Notes: generated by a model not told the origin, from the letters alone. 64,000 bases of DNA from Sphagnum compactum (GCA_965153455.1 OZ234493.1:22930213-22994212); one strand, 5' to 3'; numbered from the stretch's first letter, positions 43,533 to 56,657 are shown. Program-made: numbers and translations.

Positions 43533-44064
43533 GTTAGATGCAACAACATAAATGCTTAATGACAACAAATAAATTATAGCATTTTCAAGCTCCAACTCAA
43601 TATTTAACAACACCTTTTCCCATTTTCACATTACCATGAATTCTACAATTGCCAAACAAAGTCATCCACACAACCACATGTGGTTTACCAAGCATCACCT
43701 TGATTGATCATGTTTTCAATATACCTCTACAACCAACACAACGAAGAAGGTTGACCATGTAGGTGTAACAATCCAATTTTGGTAAAACCATGTAGACTAT
43801 GATCATTGCAACATAATAGTGCATGTGTCATCATCTACCAAACTTGCATGGCAACAAATTGATTAAATACAAACAAAAATTATATGATTTGTTGTACACC
43901 TTTTTCACATATGTTGAAAATGTTTAAAAACTTCTTTACCTTGGCCCTTTAATGGCACATCTTCCCATGTATAACATTCCAAGTGACACATTTTGACATG
44001 GCATCTTACCGAACATTCTCAAAACATCTTCCATGCTCCCAAACTTTGCATAGATGTTACCAAA
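43533..44064 (-). pseudogene. PLS-class pentatricopeptide-repeat (PPR) gene relic extending into the E domain
   Basis: Minus-strand translation across frameshifts gives NIYAKFGSMEDVLRMFGKMP, GQGKEVFKHFQHM, ICCHASLVDD, PKLDCYTYMVNLL and KPHVVVWMTLFGNCRIHGNVKMG..ELELENA. These correspond to the YAKCGS, CSHAGLVDEG and WxxLLxACRIHGN motifs of PPR editing factors. Not visible in the ORF track. Confidence 0.8.
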
Positions 44065-46032
44065 TTAATCCAAATTAAGATTTTGTTATGGTAAAATTGT
44101 TGTAATTAATTTTATGTTGTCATTCTAAAGGTTGGCTTAAGTGGTCACCTTAATGCCACCACAATTGTTGTAAGCCCTTGTAATTCACAGGAACTTCCAG
44201 GTCTAGGCTAGATTGATGTTCTTACATTGTTTTATAATATCTACTTTGTTATCAGTTTGACATTTGTTTAATTCACTTTATTTTGTAACCAATTCTTACA
44301 ACATTGGGAATAATTATTGATTTGTTAACATTTAAGCTCTCAAACTTCTATTGTTGGTATAAGTTTGGTTGTTGGGTGTAAATGTGGTTTCTAATGGCTT
44401 GTGGTGTTGCCTCATTAGGATATGATCACAGTAATTGTTTGGCATGTTTTTCACTTTGATGTATTTTGAATGTGTTAGATGTTGCTAGCACCCAAAATGC
44501 CCAAGGAATTACAATGTTGAAATGAAATGTTTATGGCCGTCTCTTTTTATTTGTCCAAAACCATGAGTGTTTGTAGATTATTTGTGCATGGTCAAGTATG
44601 TTAGAATTTTGGTTTGTTTTTTGGAAAATGAGACCATCCTTGAAATACCTCCAACCCAACCAATAATGGCATTGATGAATTTTCTTGGGCATAGACTTGA
44701 ATCAATACAAGCTCAATCCACTTTTGTTTTGTTGAAATATTTGGCGAAATTATACAATTATGCAAATTTACCTATATAAATTTTATAAAAACATAAATCT
44801 CAAACTTATCATGTATTATTGCATATTAACAAGTTTTTAAAAATGCATGTCCAAAATAAAATTTACCTCTAAACCTAAAACTTCACAATTCAAAACACAT
44901 TTCAAAGTTGTAGTCATAATGTTTATATTTTGAGTTGTCATCCTTTATCTAGATGTGCAATTTTATTTTTTTCGATCCATATTGATCCAACAAATATGTC
45001 AAATTTGTGGCAAATGTTTTCTCCTATAGCTTTAGATGTTTCAAATAATCCAATGGTGACATGTTTGGGCTACCATTCAACTTTTAAAAAATTGGTAACA
45101 AAGGGAAAAAATCATGTGCCCCCTAAACATCTATAAATCAATGTTGATAGTTGCAAATTAAATTATGTTAAAAATATCAAAATATATAATTGTTTTATCT
45201 TTTAGACTAAGTAAGGTAACAATTCTTAAACATTTTGTCTTCACCAAAAAAAAACATTATTAGGACACAAATTTTCCATAAACTAAAATACACAAGTTGT
45301 TTTTTTAATGTAAATAAGCCTTCCTACGAAAATTCTTTTTGGTATACCTTTTCTCTGAATGGCTATATCACATCAAAGAAATCTAAAATTGTAGATGAAA
45401 ACATATTTGGCCTTTTTTTGTCGATTATCTTTCCATTGTTTCTTTCAATGGACTATTTATTTTTTCTTGAAACATATTTTACAATTGATGTGTGTTTTGC
45501 ATCCACACTTTTTTTCAAAGTTTTTTTAAAATATTACTTTTGTTCTAGGGTTGGATGGATTGATTTCATTATTATAAAAGAATATAAATGCATTATTTTG
45601 TCACATTCACTTTGAAATTATCATTGTTAGTTGTGCATGTAATTTTGGAAGGATTAATTGTTCCCCATTTTTTTACTACAAACTAGGGAGTGTTCAAACC
45701 TTTTTTCCACAAATCCGTCTTATGTTGCCTTGTCATTATATTTTCATTTCCATTTGATTGCTCCATATTATTTGTTTGACCGTATTATTGGATAAAGGTC
45801 AAGAAATTATTGAAATAAATTTATATTTTGTCTAATATATGATTATTTAAGGTTTTTTAACAATTAAAATCAAAACATTCATAAAGGAAAAAAAATGTTT
45901 GTTCAACAATCATTTTTTTCTCCCAACTTCAAAATCAATGCAAATAGGTATGCAAATGGAAATATATCAGGTATGAGTTATGAAGTGTGCTTGAACAAGT
46001 ATGAAAAAATACAACAAATTTTCGTGTGAACA

Positions 46033-46063
<31 letters not shown>

Positions 46064-49000
46064 AAGACAAACAACACAATTGGTAGTTATATAATGAACG
46101 AACAAAAGCCAATTCACTCCAATTATGAAACAAGACAACATAATCAAATAAACAATGAATTGAAACAAGAAAACTTAACCAAGTTCGAGTTCAAAGGTAA
46201 GAAAAACTCACACTTCACACTTGTACAAAAGCGAGAAGGTGCAAAATACAAGTAGCACAAGAGGAGAATTAGACCAATAAAAGGAGAGCTAAGAAGCAAT
46301 CAAAGAGCCAAGGTACAAGCATGGTGCCTAGAACTGAAAAAATAAATCAAGTTGAACAATAGGAGGAAAACAAAAAATAAAATATGAATGAATATAAATG
46401 GGTAATTGAATGCAAAGTGAGGGTTCAACAAAAGGAACATAAATGGAGAGTCAAATAGAAAAAGGAAAGTTGAGCAACAAGAGAAGAGCCGAATAGTTGG
46501 AGGATAACATAATCGTCAATGTACAAAACAAACAGTAAAAAACAAAAACACAAAACACAATTATAAAATACAAGGGCAACAACAAGAAAACAATAGACAA
46601 TGTGAAGTGCAAGCACAAGCCCATGGTTTTCAATTAAAACCATATGCTTTTATCCATAGAAACATGCATTTAGTGTTAATTTCTCATTTGCCACAAACCC
46701 TAACCCTAATCAACTTAACTGTAGATACTAAATCTTTAGACCCAATAATTGGAATCAAAGGTTAATTTTCTAACCTACCTTGGTTTCAATTTTGGAGAAA
46801 GTAATACCTTGTGTAATTTTCAAGGGTTCAATTCTCTAATGGGAACATATATTTTCAAAGCTAAAATGATAATCATGGGTGCAGTCATGGTAACATGTAC
46901 CACAACAAATGTAATCAATGCTTGATGTTCCATGTTATTGAAAATCTAATTTAATTTCATGTTGAAATTATAGGATTTATTTATACGATAACATTCATAA
47001 TATATCATGGGAACTTGTGAATAAATTTGAAATTAATTAAATGAAAAAAAAGAAAAAACATTAATATAACATTGTAACAAGTGCTTTTAAGTAATAAAAT
47101 GACATGTTTAATAACTTAAATTAATTTTTTTAGATGACATATTTAGACAAATGTTTAATGCAAAGCTTATCAAAATACTATAAAAACATTATCATGATTT
47201 TAAAAGATTTTTATGAAGACTTTTTAAAGAATATTCTAGGAATACTTTTTCGAAAGCAGTCACAAAGCAAGCTTGTGTGGCTCATGTTATCCCATTTGCA
47301 CCCTCATAGGTATTTAGCTTCAACATCAACTTGAACCTTTGGGTAATTTTCAACCATTTTGTGAAACCTACCCAATATTAATAAATATCAACGTGTGTGA
47401 TTATTTGAACTTATAAATAACCATTAGTTTTAGGTTTTTACATATTTCATAAAACCATTGATTTTTTTTGTATTCTAAAATGAAATTAAAATCAAAGGAC
47501 TTTCCATATTTTGGTTATTTCAAAAACTTCAAAAAACCAATATTTTTCATCAAAAATTTAAGAAAATAACTCGCCATTTCATAACATTGATGTTTGGTAT
47601 TTTTCAAAATATTGAGAATTATGATTATATATATTAGAATTGATTATTTGATTGTTTGAAAACCAAGGTTACAAAACTCAATAATGTTTTTGGTTAGGAA
47701 TAGGAAACCTTGGAGTTCAAGTCTTTATAATCTAAAATTAAGTTGATGCCATAGATAACATTAGCACAAGAACCAAACCATGGAACTAACCTTTTGTTAG
47801 AACCATAACCGGAACCTTGAAAAAAAATATTGATTATGGTAACATTCTTCAAATACCTAAACAAGTTGAACTTTTTTTGAAAAGTTGACAAGTAGGGTAA
47901 ACTTTATAGGTCCTTGATCAATTGAAATTAAATTGTAGACCTTCGTCCCTACCCTACCCTACCCTACCTTGTAATTAGTTTCAACATAAAATAATTAACA
48001 ACTAAGATGTTAAAAGTGTTTTCTAGATTTATCCAAAGTCTATGATTTCAAGTTTCGTATATTTGTGCTCCCTAATTTTTGAAAAGACACATTTGGACTT
48101 AATTACATGTCAAAAGACACATTGTTCATGTTTGGTCATGTTTATTTTTCCTTTAGGAGGTAGGAGAGAGGGAGGGAGGCAAGAAGAAAAAGGTCGAAAG
48201 AAATGATAGTAATGCTTCTAGTGTTACTTAAAGATTGATGTAGATCGTCAAGTTGAAGCCTAGTTCTTTCCTTGCTTAAGATTTTCCAAAAAGATCCTTA
48301 TGCAATTTTGGGTTATAAAATTAGAGGTAAGAAGAAGAGCAAGTTGTAATGAGGGTGGATGCTTGTGGTGCTTTGTGAGTAGGGAATGAAATGAGTTGGA
48401 GATGCGTGGTCAAAACTACATTGAATTGGTGTAGAATTTGTAGATAAAATCTTTCTCTTTTTTATTTTCATGCGAGCAAGCGCTCGCTCGCTTCATGTTC
48501 CAATGATGTTTTTTTGGTTTTGTGGAGAGATCAAACATATTACCACACAAGCTTTGCACCTTTTGGAATTCTTGGTGGATTGGAAGAGGTATCTTATCTA
48601 TAAATTCACTACGTCCCTGACGGAGCTCGGGTTTCAGGCCGACCGGGCCCGGCGTTAATCGGAGGGCGGAATTTCCTGTTCCCAGTCTGTGGGCAAAGCT
48701 ATTGGAGGAAATTAGGTTAGGACATTCTAGCGCGGAACGGAGACCCGGGATAGCCGACGTCAAGAACGGGGTGCCGGGCCAGGTCCGGTCCGAACTGTGT
48801 GTGACGGAGCTCGGCAACTTTTGCTCCAGAGAACACCCACTAAGGGAAGTTATCAGCAGTCACTTTTCGGAAAGTTTTTGGTATGGTCGTTGCTGATTTT
48901 GGGTACTGTAGCTGTGCCAAAAAGAAAATTTGCTTCTCCTCCCTGACACACACACACCTGTGCCTTAGGCACGGGGCACACACTAGTTCTTGATAAAGTA

Positions 49001-49239
49001 TGTTGAATTGGGGTTTGAGACGAGTAGTGCATGGCATCCTCTCGTCACCAGAGGTGGTGGCAACCATGTCCAAAATTGATCACAAGTCGTTTGTGCATGA
49101 AGGTGGTTTGCCATATGATGATGTTCTTCAAGGTCATAGGTGTTGGTTCTACTATCCTTTGATTATCCTTGAATTCAACTCTACAAATTCTTTGTGAAGA
49201 GCTTCAATGGATAAAAACGTTTTTCAGGTTGTTTCCCTT

Positions 49240-49655
49240 GTAGCATGAGGAATGTCATGTTTTCTTTGTAATGAAAGAATGCCATGTTTTCTTTGCATTG
49301 AAAGAATGTCTTCTCATGTTTTCTTTGTAGTGAGGAATGTTGTGATTTTCTTTATAGGGAGGAATGTTGTGTTTTCTTTCTTGTAGTGAAGAATATCATG
49401 TTTTATTTTCTTGTAGTGAAGAATGCCATGTTTTCTTTATAGCAAGGAATGTCATGTTTTCTTTGCAGTGAAAGAATGGCATGTTTTCTTTACAGTGAGG
49501 AATGTTGTGTTTTTTTTGCAGTGAAAGAATGTCATGTTTTCTTTACAGTGAGGAATGTTGTGTTTTCTTTGCAGTGAAAGAATGTCATGTTTTCTTTGCA
49601 ATAAGAATTGTTGCATTATCTTTGTAGCAAGGAATCTTTGTAGTGAAGAATGTTG
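49240..49655. repeat. Minisatellite of ~24-27-bp units (consensus close to TTTTCTTTGYAGTGAARGAATGTYRTG) inside a PIMT pseudogene intron
   Basis: Roughly 15 degenerate tandem copies are readable directly in the sequence. Confidence 0.85.
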
Positions 49656-50327
49656 CTAAAGAACAAATTTGGGTCTGTAGGGTTTGGAACGACCATTTCA
49701 GCATCGCACATGGTAAGTTACTAAATCATGTATCATCAATGTGGGGCATCATGAGTGACAATTCTGTTTGTGCCATCTAAAAAACTCAATTAAACAAACA
49801 CTTGTTTGAGGTCCTTACCTTGTTGTGCATCATCTTCTTGTTGGTGGAAGTGTAAGTCTATTATGAGGCTAAATTGTGTTGCCACCAACATTTGTCCATA
49901 ACGTCATAAACAAAAGATTTTTTCTAACTAATATGGTGAAGAATGAATAAATTTTCTTGAGCCCCAATGTTACATATATATTTGTTGAAGGTTTATCTTT
50001 TGTTGGGGTGCAGCATGGCTACTATCTATTGATGCTAGTTAATCACCTGAAGCCTGATATGAGTGTTTTGAATGTTGGCTCTGGCTTAGGCTACTTAACA
50101 GCTATGTTTGCCCTCATGGTTTGTGTGATTCTTCTTCCCTTTTCCCCTTCGTCCCATTTGTGGTAGCAATGAGAGGAAATTATGAACAGAGAAAATTTGA
50201 GTAGCCATGGCAATACCAAAAAAAGCTCTATAATGCTTTGACTACTATAAAAGTTGGTGATCCTTTGATTTCATATATATTTAGGGTTGGCCATGTTTCA
50301 TGTGGGTGAAACAGGATGGACAGTTGG

Positions 50328-50459
50328 CAATACAAGAAAAGGTGTCCCTGTATGTTGAATGATTTCATTAGATTTTGAATGAATTCATTAGTGTTAATAA
50401 ACATGGACTAATTGGAGTAGTGAATTCATTGGTCTAGCGAACCACATTTTGTAGTAGTG
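50328..50459. mobile_element. 132-bp non-autonomous CACTA (En/Spm)-type element with 3-bp TSD TGG
   Basis: Starts CAATACAAGAAAA (one mismatch to the En/Spm TIR CACTACAAGAAAA) and ends TTTTGTAGTAGTG. It is flanked by TGG at 50325-50327 and 50460-50462. Removing it plus one TGG restores ACA GTT GGG GTC GAG (TVGVE). Confidence 0.85.
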
Positions 50460-53400
50460 TGGGGTCGAGCACATCCTTGAACTTGTTGATCACTCTATTG
50501 TTGATATTAAGTAAACACCTACTGGATTTATTCTTGACAAAGGTCATTTCAACATCCATGGTATTTGATGAATATTTGAGCACCAATAACATTGTCTTAT
50601 GTGCATTAGAGAACAGAAGTTGTTGTCAACAATGCAGCGATAATTATTGCATCTTTTTCTCTATTATTTTATAACACCCCTAGAATTTTACATTGTTAGT
50701 TTGGTCAAATCTCAACAGTGGGCTCTTTCACTTTTGGACATATGGCAAATACAACACAATGGATTTTCAAGCTAGCAAAACCAATTAGATTGTCTTTTAG
50801 TTTTTACACTATATCTCTAATTAGTGTTGTGCCCCAGAAATTTGCCATGTTCTCTTGTTGCTAAAGTGGGTATTTAAGTCATATTTTGTTGAATGATTCT
50901 TTTGCAATTCTCAGGTAGATACTATTGAATTTTACTAAGTAGGAATCTATTTCTCTAATGCTTGTTTGTAGGAGTGTGACAAAATTTTGATAATTACTAG
51001 TTTACAATGGCTAATGGAAAACTAGGATATGCGAAAGAGGACCATATGATGCCATCCATGTTGGAATAATTGTTGCAGGTCTAGAAACTCCACCTATCAC
51101 TATTTACACATGTCCAGTCCTAACCAATCTGTTTACCCCAATATCCAGTATATAATTCATCTCTATTTGTCTCTATGTTTCTCTCTCTGACATGCACTCT
51201 ATAGATGAAACATAATTACTAGATGCACTGGTGAATCAACTCAAGCCTAATGGCCACATGTTGATTCCAATTGGAACATCCTCCTAGGTTCGGTTTTTCT
51301 CTGCCTCTCACAAGTTCTCTTCTTTTACTATGGTCGCACAAGCTACCTAGTACTATTGATGAAAACTTCATGTTAATCAATCCTTTTAATGTTATAATTG
51401 ATTGATTAATATCATTGTTCAGGGCATTTTGTTCCATCACATAGGGTTTCTGTTCAATGTGGATGGTCTTGAGACATTCACATTACAACTTGTATGAGAA
51501 GAATCAATCCCCCTCTCATTCTGTCAAATCCTCCTTGACATTCTTTCAGAAAATTCTTATCACCAATTCAAAAAACTCCTCTACTTTCAAAGCTTTTTAA
51601 TGTTCCAATACATAAGAAAGTCTATTTTGCAAAATTAAAAAGAAATTGGAATGTTTCAATGTGTGTTGAAAAACAAACAATGCAAGATTTGCAAAGAGAT
51701 TAATCCATAAGATCATCCACTTGATGACTGTTGTTTTTTGCTTGGTGAGCTCCAAGCTTTAGGTGAATGTGATGGTTGATAAAGAGATTTTTTAAAGAAT
51801 CTCTATGCAATTTCATGGGGGAGGGGTTTGGATTTTTTAACTGTTGGGTAACCAAAAGCTTTGCTCTTTATCTTTGGAAAGAAAATGTAGTGATGGTGGG
51901 TTTCAACCCCATGAATTTGCTTTGAAAAACTATGTCTAGTGTAGACTTCTCTTTTGATCTTCTTTGTGATTGAAATGAATGTAGCACCTCTACATGTAAA
52001 ATGGCAATTGCGAGGGTTAACATTGAAACATTTTTCTACCACATTGGAAGAAGAGGAGTCAATTGAGGGCTACTATATATACATCTATCTTTATGACGAA
52101 AAGGTTGTGTGTGCACTCTTTCTCTCAATCATTTTACCTTTAGCAAAGTGAAGTCTTAGTGACCAAGGGTATCACAATTAACATCAACAAATTCCTATGG
52201 ACTTATTATGTACACAAACAAACTTTCTCAAGTTTGAGTATCTCAATTATCATTCCTTGAAGGCATCAAATACCATATATGAACATTGTGAGTAGAAGCA
52301 CACCAATAATGAGATTCAATTTGGAGAATAGTCGAGGACATCAAAGAGCACTTTGCCATGCACCAATAGTTGAGGTAGATAAGAAAGTTCGTGGAGGATG
52401 CATTTGTAGAATATCAAGAGAATGAACATTTCATCTATTGTATGTTTTGTGTTTCACATCTATGTTTGGAAAGTTAATTGCATTCTTGTGAATGTGGAGA
52501 TGTGAGTGAGTGTTGCATTTGGATGATGATTAGGGAATTTTTAAAGGTTTCTTGAAGTTTAAACACTTTTTAGGCATTGATCTAGAAGGGTAATGTGAAT
52601 GGGTATTGTTGATGTGAAGAGGAATGGGAGAATTCCAAAGTGTAAACATTGGCATTGGACATGCAACTAGAGAGTGATTGTGCTGCTTTGGAAGCATAAA
52701 AGTTCCATCTATTTGATTAGTAGGTGACCTTCTTAAGTTGTGAGTCTGCACTATAGCCACAGTTTGAAGGCAAGAATGGGGAGTTGGGTAATTTCATCAC
52801 ATTTTGGTGAAATCTTTTATTATCAATCAACATCAAAGAATGTATCAAGGAATGGATGACGAGCCACAACACCTTGAAGCTGGGGATTAGGTGTTCATAA
52901 ACAAGAATTAGTACTCAAGATTGAAAATGAAAATATGCAAGAGATTCTCTTAGATACACAAATAACCCACCATGCTTCCCTTTTGACACTAACGACTTGT
53001 TAATATTAATATTTTCTTTACATTATGGGTGGGAAGATTTTAATCATTTGTATTCCTTGTTGATTTTGTGTATTCTAAAAGTGAATAAAATCTTTTTGTA
53101 CACCTTGACTTTTTCCTTTTACTTTAAAGGGGATCTAGAGCTGGAGTGCAATCCAGAGACCGTGATAAAAAGCTATAGTCAATAGGGAAAAATGGTCAAA
53201 ATATTGAGAATGTTAATGATTTACTTTAGGGTTATGAAAATGACATCACAACCAAAATGGAGGCACTTTCCATTCTTTGTATATGTTTTAACTCTCACTA
53301 TTCATCGATTGTTCATTCTTTTATGTAATAAATGTTTTCAATACATTAGAACAAACTCCTTCAGCCATAAAAATTATTATTTTTTAGAAATGTCCTTATC

Positions 53401-54379
53401 AAACTCTCTGTAATCTAAAAAGTTTTATAACACAAAATGTGTTTCCATAATTTTGTATATCTACATACCTAGTACCCAATGTATTGGATCTATGCAATCT
53501 TTTTTTTGTGAATGTAGAGAAAAAAAGATAAAGACAATTGACCAAATTGTGCTTCGAGGGCAAAGGATCACATGCTGAACATGACAAAGTTAATGCAAAA
53601 ATGTTTGAGATTACAGAATTCTATGATGAGAAGGCATGTTTTGTACAAACTTTCATTTCTATCATCACAAAATTTGTATCATCACAAAATTTGTATCATC
53701 ATCAACATATACAAAGGTGAAATAATCTCTAGGCTTTGCAAACTTAATAAACATAAACATCCATTATCCAAGATTACTCATGACACGCATTTGTCATTTT
53801 TTTGATTTACATGGTATTTACATTGTGACTAGAATGCAATATGCATTAAACAATTGCATTTCGCTTGCAACTTAATGACCAATTATCCATGGTGTCTTTC
53901 ATTTAGTTTTTTTGTGTGGTTATTGCAACATTTAAACATGTACAATGAAATTGTTCAATTGAAGATGTTACAAAGAAACTTGATAATTCTTCAGTCCCAA
54001 TTGCATCCAACATATGAAATGAGAGAGCAAAAGCTTGTGAACTCCACATCCTATTCATGCATGCATAGTTTTCAATGTCAAATTTGGATTTGATTCTAGG
54101 TCAGTGTTTTTGTGACTTCCAAGATATAAATTTCTCACTTATAGTTTCTCTAATGAAGGTTAGGTGCTGATCGTTTTAAGGCTATAGATGGATTTGCAAC
54201 AAATTGACTACAATTTCAGTTTTACAAACATGGAATTCCCTTTCTTCCACTTTCGAACCATAATTTTGCTCAAAATCATTAAATTTCTTTATTCAAATCC
54301 TATAAAACATTGGAGTCCTTCCAATTGTAGATAATTGTTTATCTCACAATGAGAAAAAATATTTACCTTAAAATTAGTT

Positions 54380-54640
54380 TCAATGCCAATAGTGAGAGAC
54401 TAAAGGATGACACAAAGACCTCCAAGGCTCTATTTATCAATACCGCACCCTTCAAGCCCCATAATGACGTCTCCCAAAAAAGTTTACTTGGCAACATATA
54501 GTTTAGTGGAGTTGCTTTCAATACCAAACCTTTAAATACGACATGCTCCTTGTATATAGACATGAGGAGGGCCCCCAACATGCAAAATACTATGCCCAAA
54601 ATTTTGGCCTGCCTATTTCATTGCTTATATCTAACCTCCT
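54380..54640 (-). pseudogene. WAT1/UMAMIT (EamA/nodulin MtN21) single-exon relic
   Basis: QAKILGIVFCMLGALLMSIYKE resembles the family motif AKxxGTxxCxxGAxxMxxYKG. The remainder is degenerate and no other exons were recognised. Confidence 0.55.
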
Positions 54641-55537
54641 TTATTTTGAAAAATGTACAATGATCCTATAAATCCTATGCACTTTGTGAGTTCTCCTAGT
54701 AATTCATTGGGACGGCAAACTCCATGTCAAATATGAAATCTAACATTTGTAGAAAAGAACAATTGCACAAAATTCTACACAAGATAATTTAACAAGATCT
54801 TGGAACAAGACAAAGTTGATGAAGACTACAACTTGACATTAATTGGCAAGAGAAATCCAACTGTAGAAGTTGAGTTCATCATGAACATGTAATGAACATG
54901 TTGTTAGAAAACCTAAATCACTTGATGCTCAGAACATAAAAAGAAAGCAATTAACCTTGATTTGTTCGAGCTTCTTGTGTGCCTCTACTATAACTTTCCT
55001 GATTTACACACACATTGCATTATGCACATTGATAACATTTGTTTCTCATGACATTGACTCTATTGAATTCAAGGACCATCTTCCAACACATGCATTATAA
55101 GCTCCCGATTTCTTATGTGATCATGTATGTATTAAGCATAAAGAGGCCCACAAATACCAATAAGTTAGTATTACAAGAATTACCCTTTAGCATCGCACTT
55201 CACATAGAGAACATTTTGAGCTTTTGAGTTTGAGTTAGAACAAACACTTTTTTCCCCAGTCACGGGGTTTCGCTACATCAACATCAATAACTATAATGTG
55301 AATATGAATTTATTCACCATAGTTATACTAATTGAATTTTGAAATTAATAAAAAAAAATTGAAAAAAAAAATTGTTTGATAAAATTGTTTGCATCATGCA
55401 TTATGCATTACAACATATACAAATATATATTTTATTTTTAAAAATAAAAGGAAAATCAAATGCAAATGGAATTATTATTTTTTATTGTGAGATTCTTGAA
55501 TTGACATTAAATAACCTTTGATTAATCCAAAGCTTTT

Positions 55538-55559
55538 TTCCCCAGTCACGGGGTTCTAG
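55538..55559 (+). mobile_element. Helitron-like 3' terminus (short hairpin plus CTAG|T), with a second degenerate copy at ~55250-55275
   Basis: CCCC-AGTCAC-GGGG-TT-CTAG followed by T. An identical TTTTCCCCAGTCACGGGGTT lies ~290 bp upstream. Confidence 0.55.
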
Positions 55560-56354
55560 TAAGAAATTTAGATACAACCTTACTTAATTTGTTAATAATT
55601 TTAGATTGGCAAAAGTGAAAACACAATAATTGTTGCATCCACATGTCTTGAAGTCAAAACACCTAGAACTTGTAATTACACGAAATTTCAGAAATCTCCA
55701 TGTAGAAGTGATTTCACAATTATTAAAAAATAATAAAAAAAACAATAATAATATATAGTATGAAATTCTAAATACCAAAATATTGAAATAACACAACACT
55801 TGGAGCCATAGCACACTTGGTCATTAATCCTACAATCTCATCATCTTAAAAATTTAATAATAATAATAATAACTCTAAATATTAGTGTGTCAAAAGTGAA
55901 AACCGGGACCGGGGGCTCTCTTCAAAAGGAAGAACCGGCCAATACTGGTCTGTTCCTATTTCTGATAACCGTCCAAAAAACTGGGAAAGAAGAAGAACCC
56001 CCCCCCCTTTCTCCCAAATCCATTTTGCGGCGATTTCGTTGTTTTGTTGGTTCTCCGTCCGTGTCGCGCGCCTCGGCCTACATCCCTGCGCAGACTTGCT
56101 CGCTCGGTCTCTTCTGTGCGCATAGCGCTGCGCGCAGGGGTACGTACTTCTCAAATCGCGCTTTCTATCTCCGCTTGTTTCTCATCTCATTGCACGCCTC
56201 TTTTTTCCCCCTTTCTTCATCATGTTATCGTATGTCAATCCCAGCAGCAGTTTGAATGCGGTTCGTTTTTGGGTTCATAGCAATGTTACAGTTTGCTGCA
56301 GTTCATCGCTCTTCTTCTTCTTGTCGCTCACCTTTCACTGCCAGCGCTTTTAGC

Positions 56355-56657
56355 TAGGGTTTCTTTTTTCGACTGCAGTTTGTTTGTTTGTTTGTTTTCT
56401 TTTTTTCGCTTTGGCGGATGTCTTTTGTTATATATTGTCGGGATTTCGTTTTTCTTTTCTTTTTTGTTGTGGTGTCGAGGAATGTCTTTCTTTTCTTGGT
56501 GCTTTTGGTGATGCACGAACGACACGCGGCAATGAGGGTTTCTAGATACCCTAATGCCCGGGGAGACAAGAGGGGGGGGGGAGGGGGAGAGGAGGAGAGG
56601 TTTTCGGTTTGGTGTCGTTGTCTCCGGGGTTTTTTGTATCCCTGGCAACTAGGGTTT
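56355..56657. promoter_or_regulatory. Telo-box motifs (TAGGGTTT) at 56355-56362 and 56650-56657 in the NRP 5' leader/intron; another at 18271-18278 in RPT3 intron 1
   Basis: Exact reverse complement of AAACCCTA close to the 5' ends of housekeeping genes. Function is inferred. Confidence 0.4.

Larger units (their letters stand above)
48968..51287 (+). pseudogene. Protein-L-isoaspartate O-methyltransferase (PIMT/PCMT) pseudogene retaining introns
   Basis: Collinear exon relics: GILSSPEVVATMSKIDHKSFVHEGGLPYDD (~49035-49139), GFGTTISASHM (49681-49712), HGYYLLMLVNHLKPDMSVLNVGSGLGYLTAMFALM (50014-50118), VGETGWTV[insertion]GVEHILELV..K*..NIH (50302-50560), GPYDAIHVG (~51040-51066) and DALVNQLKPNGHMLIPIG..* (~51222-51287). 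Lesions include in-frame stops, frameshifts, lost AG acceptors and D>N in SAM motif I. Confidence 0.88.
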
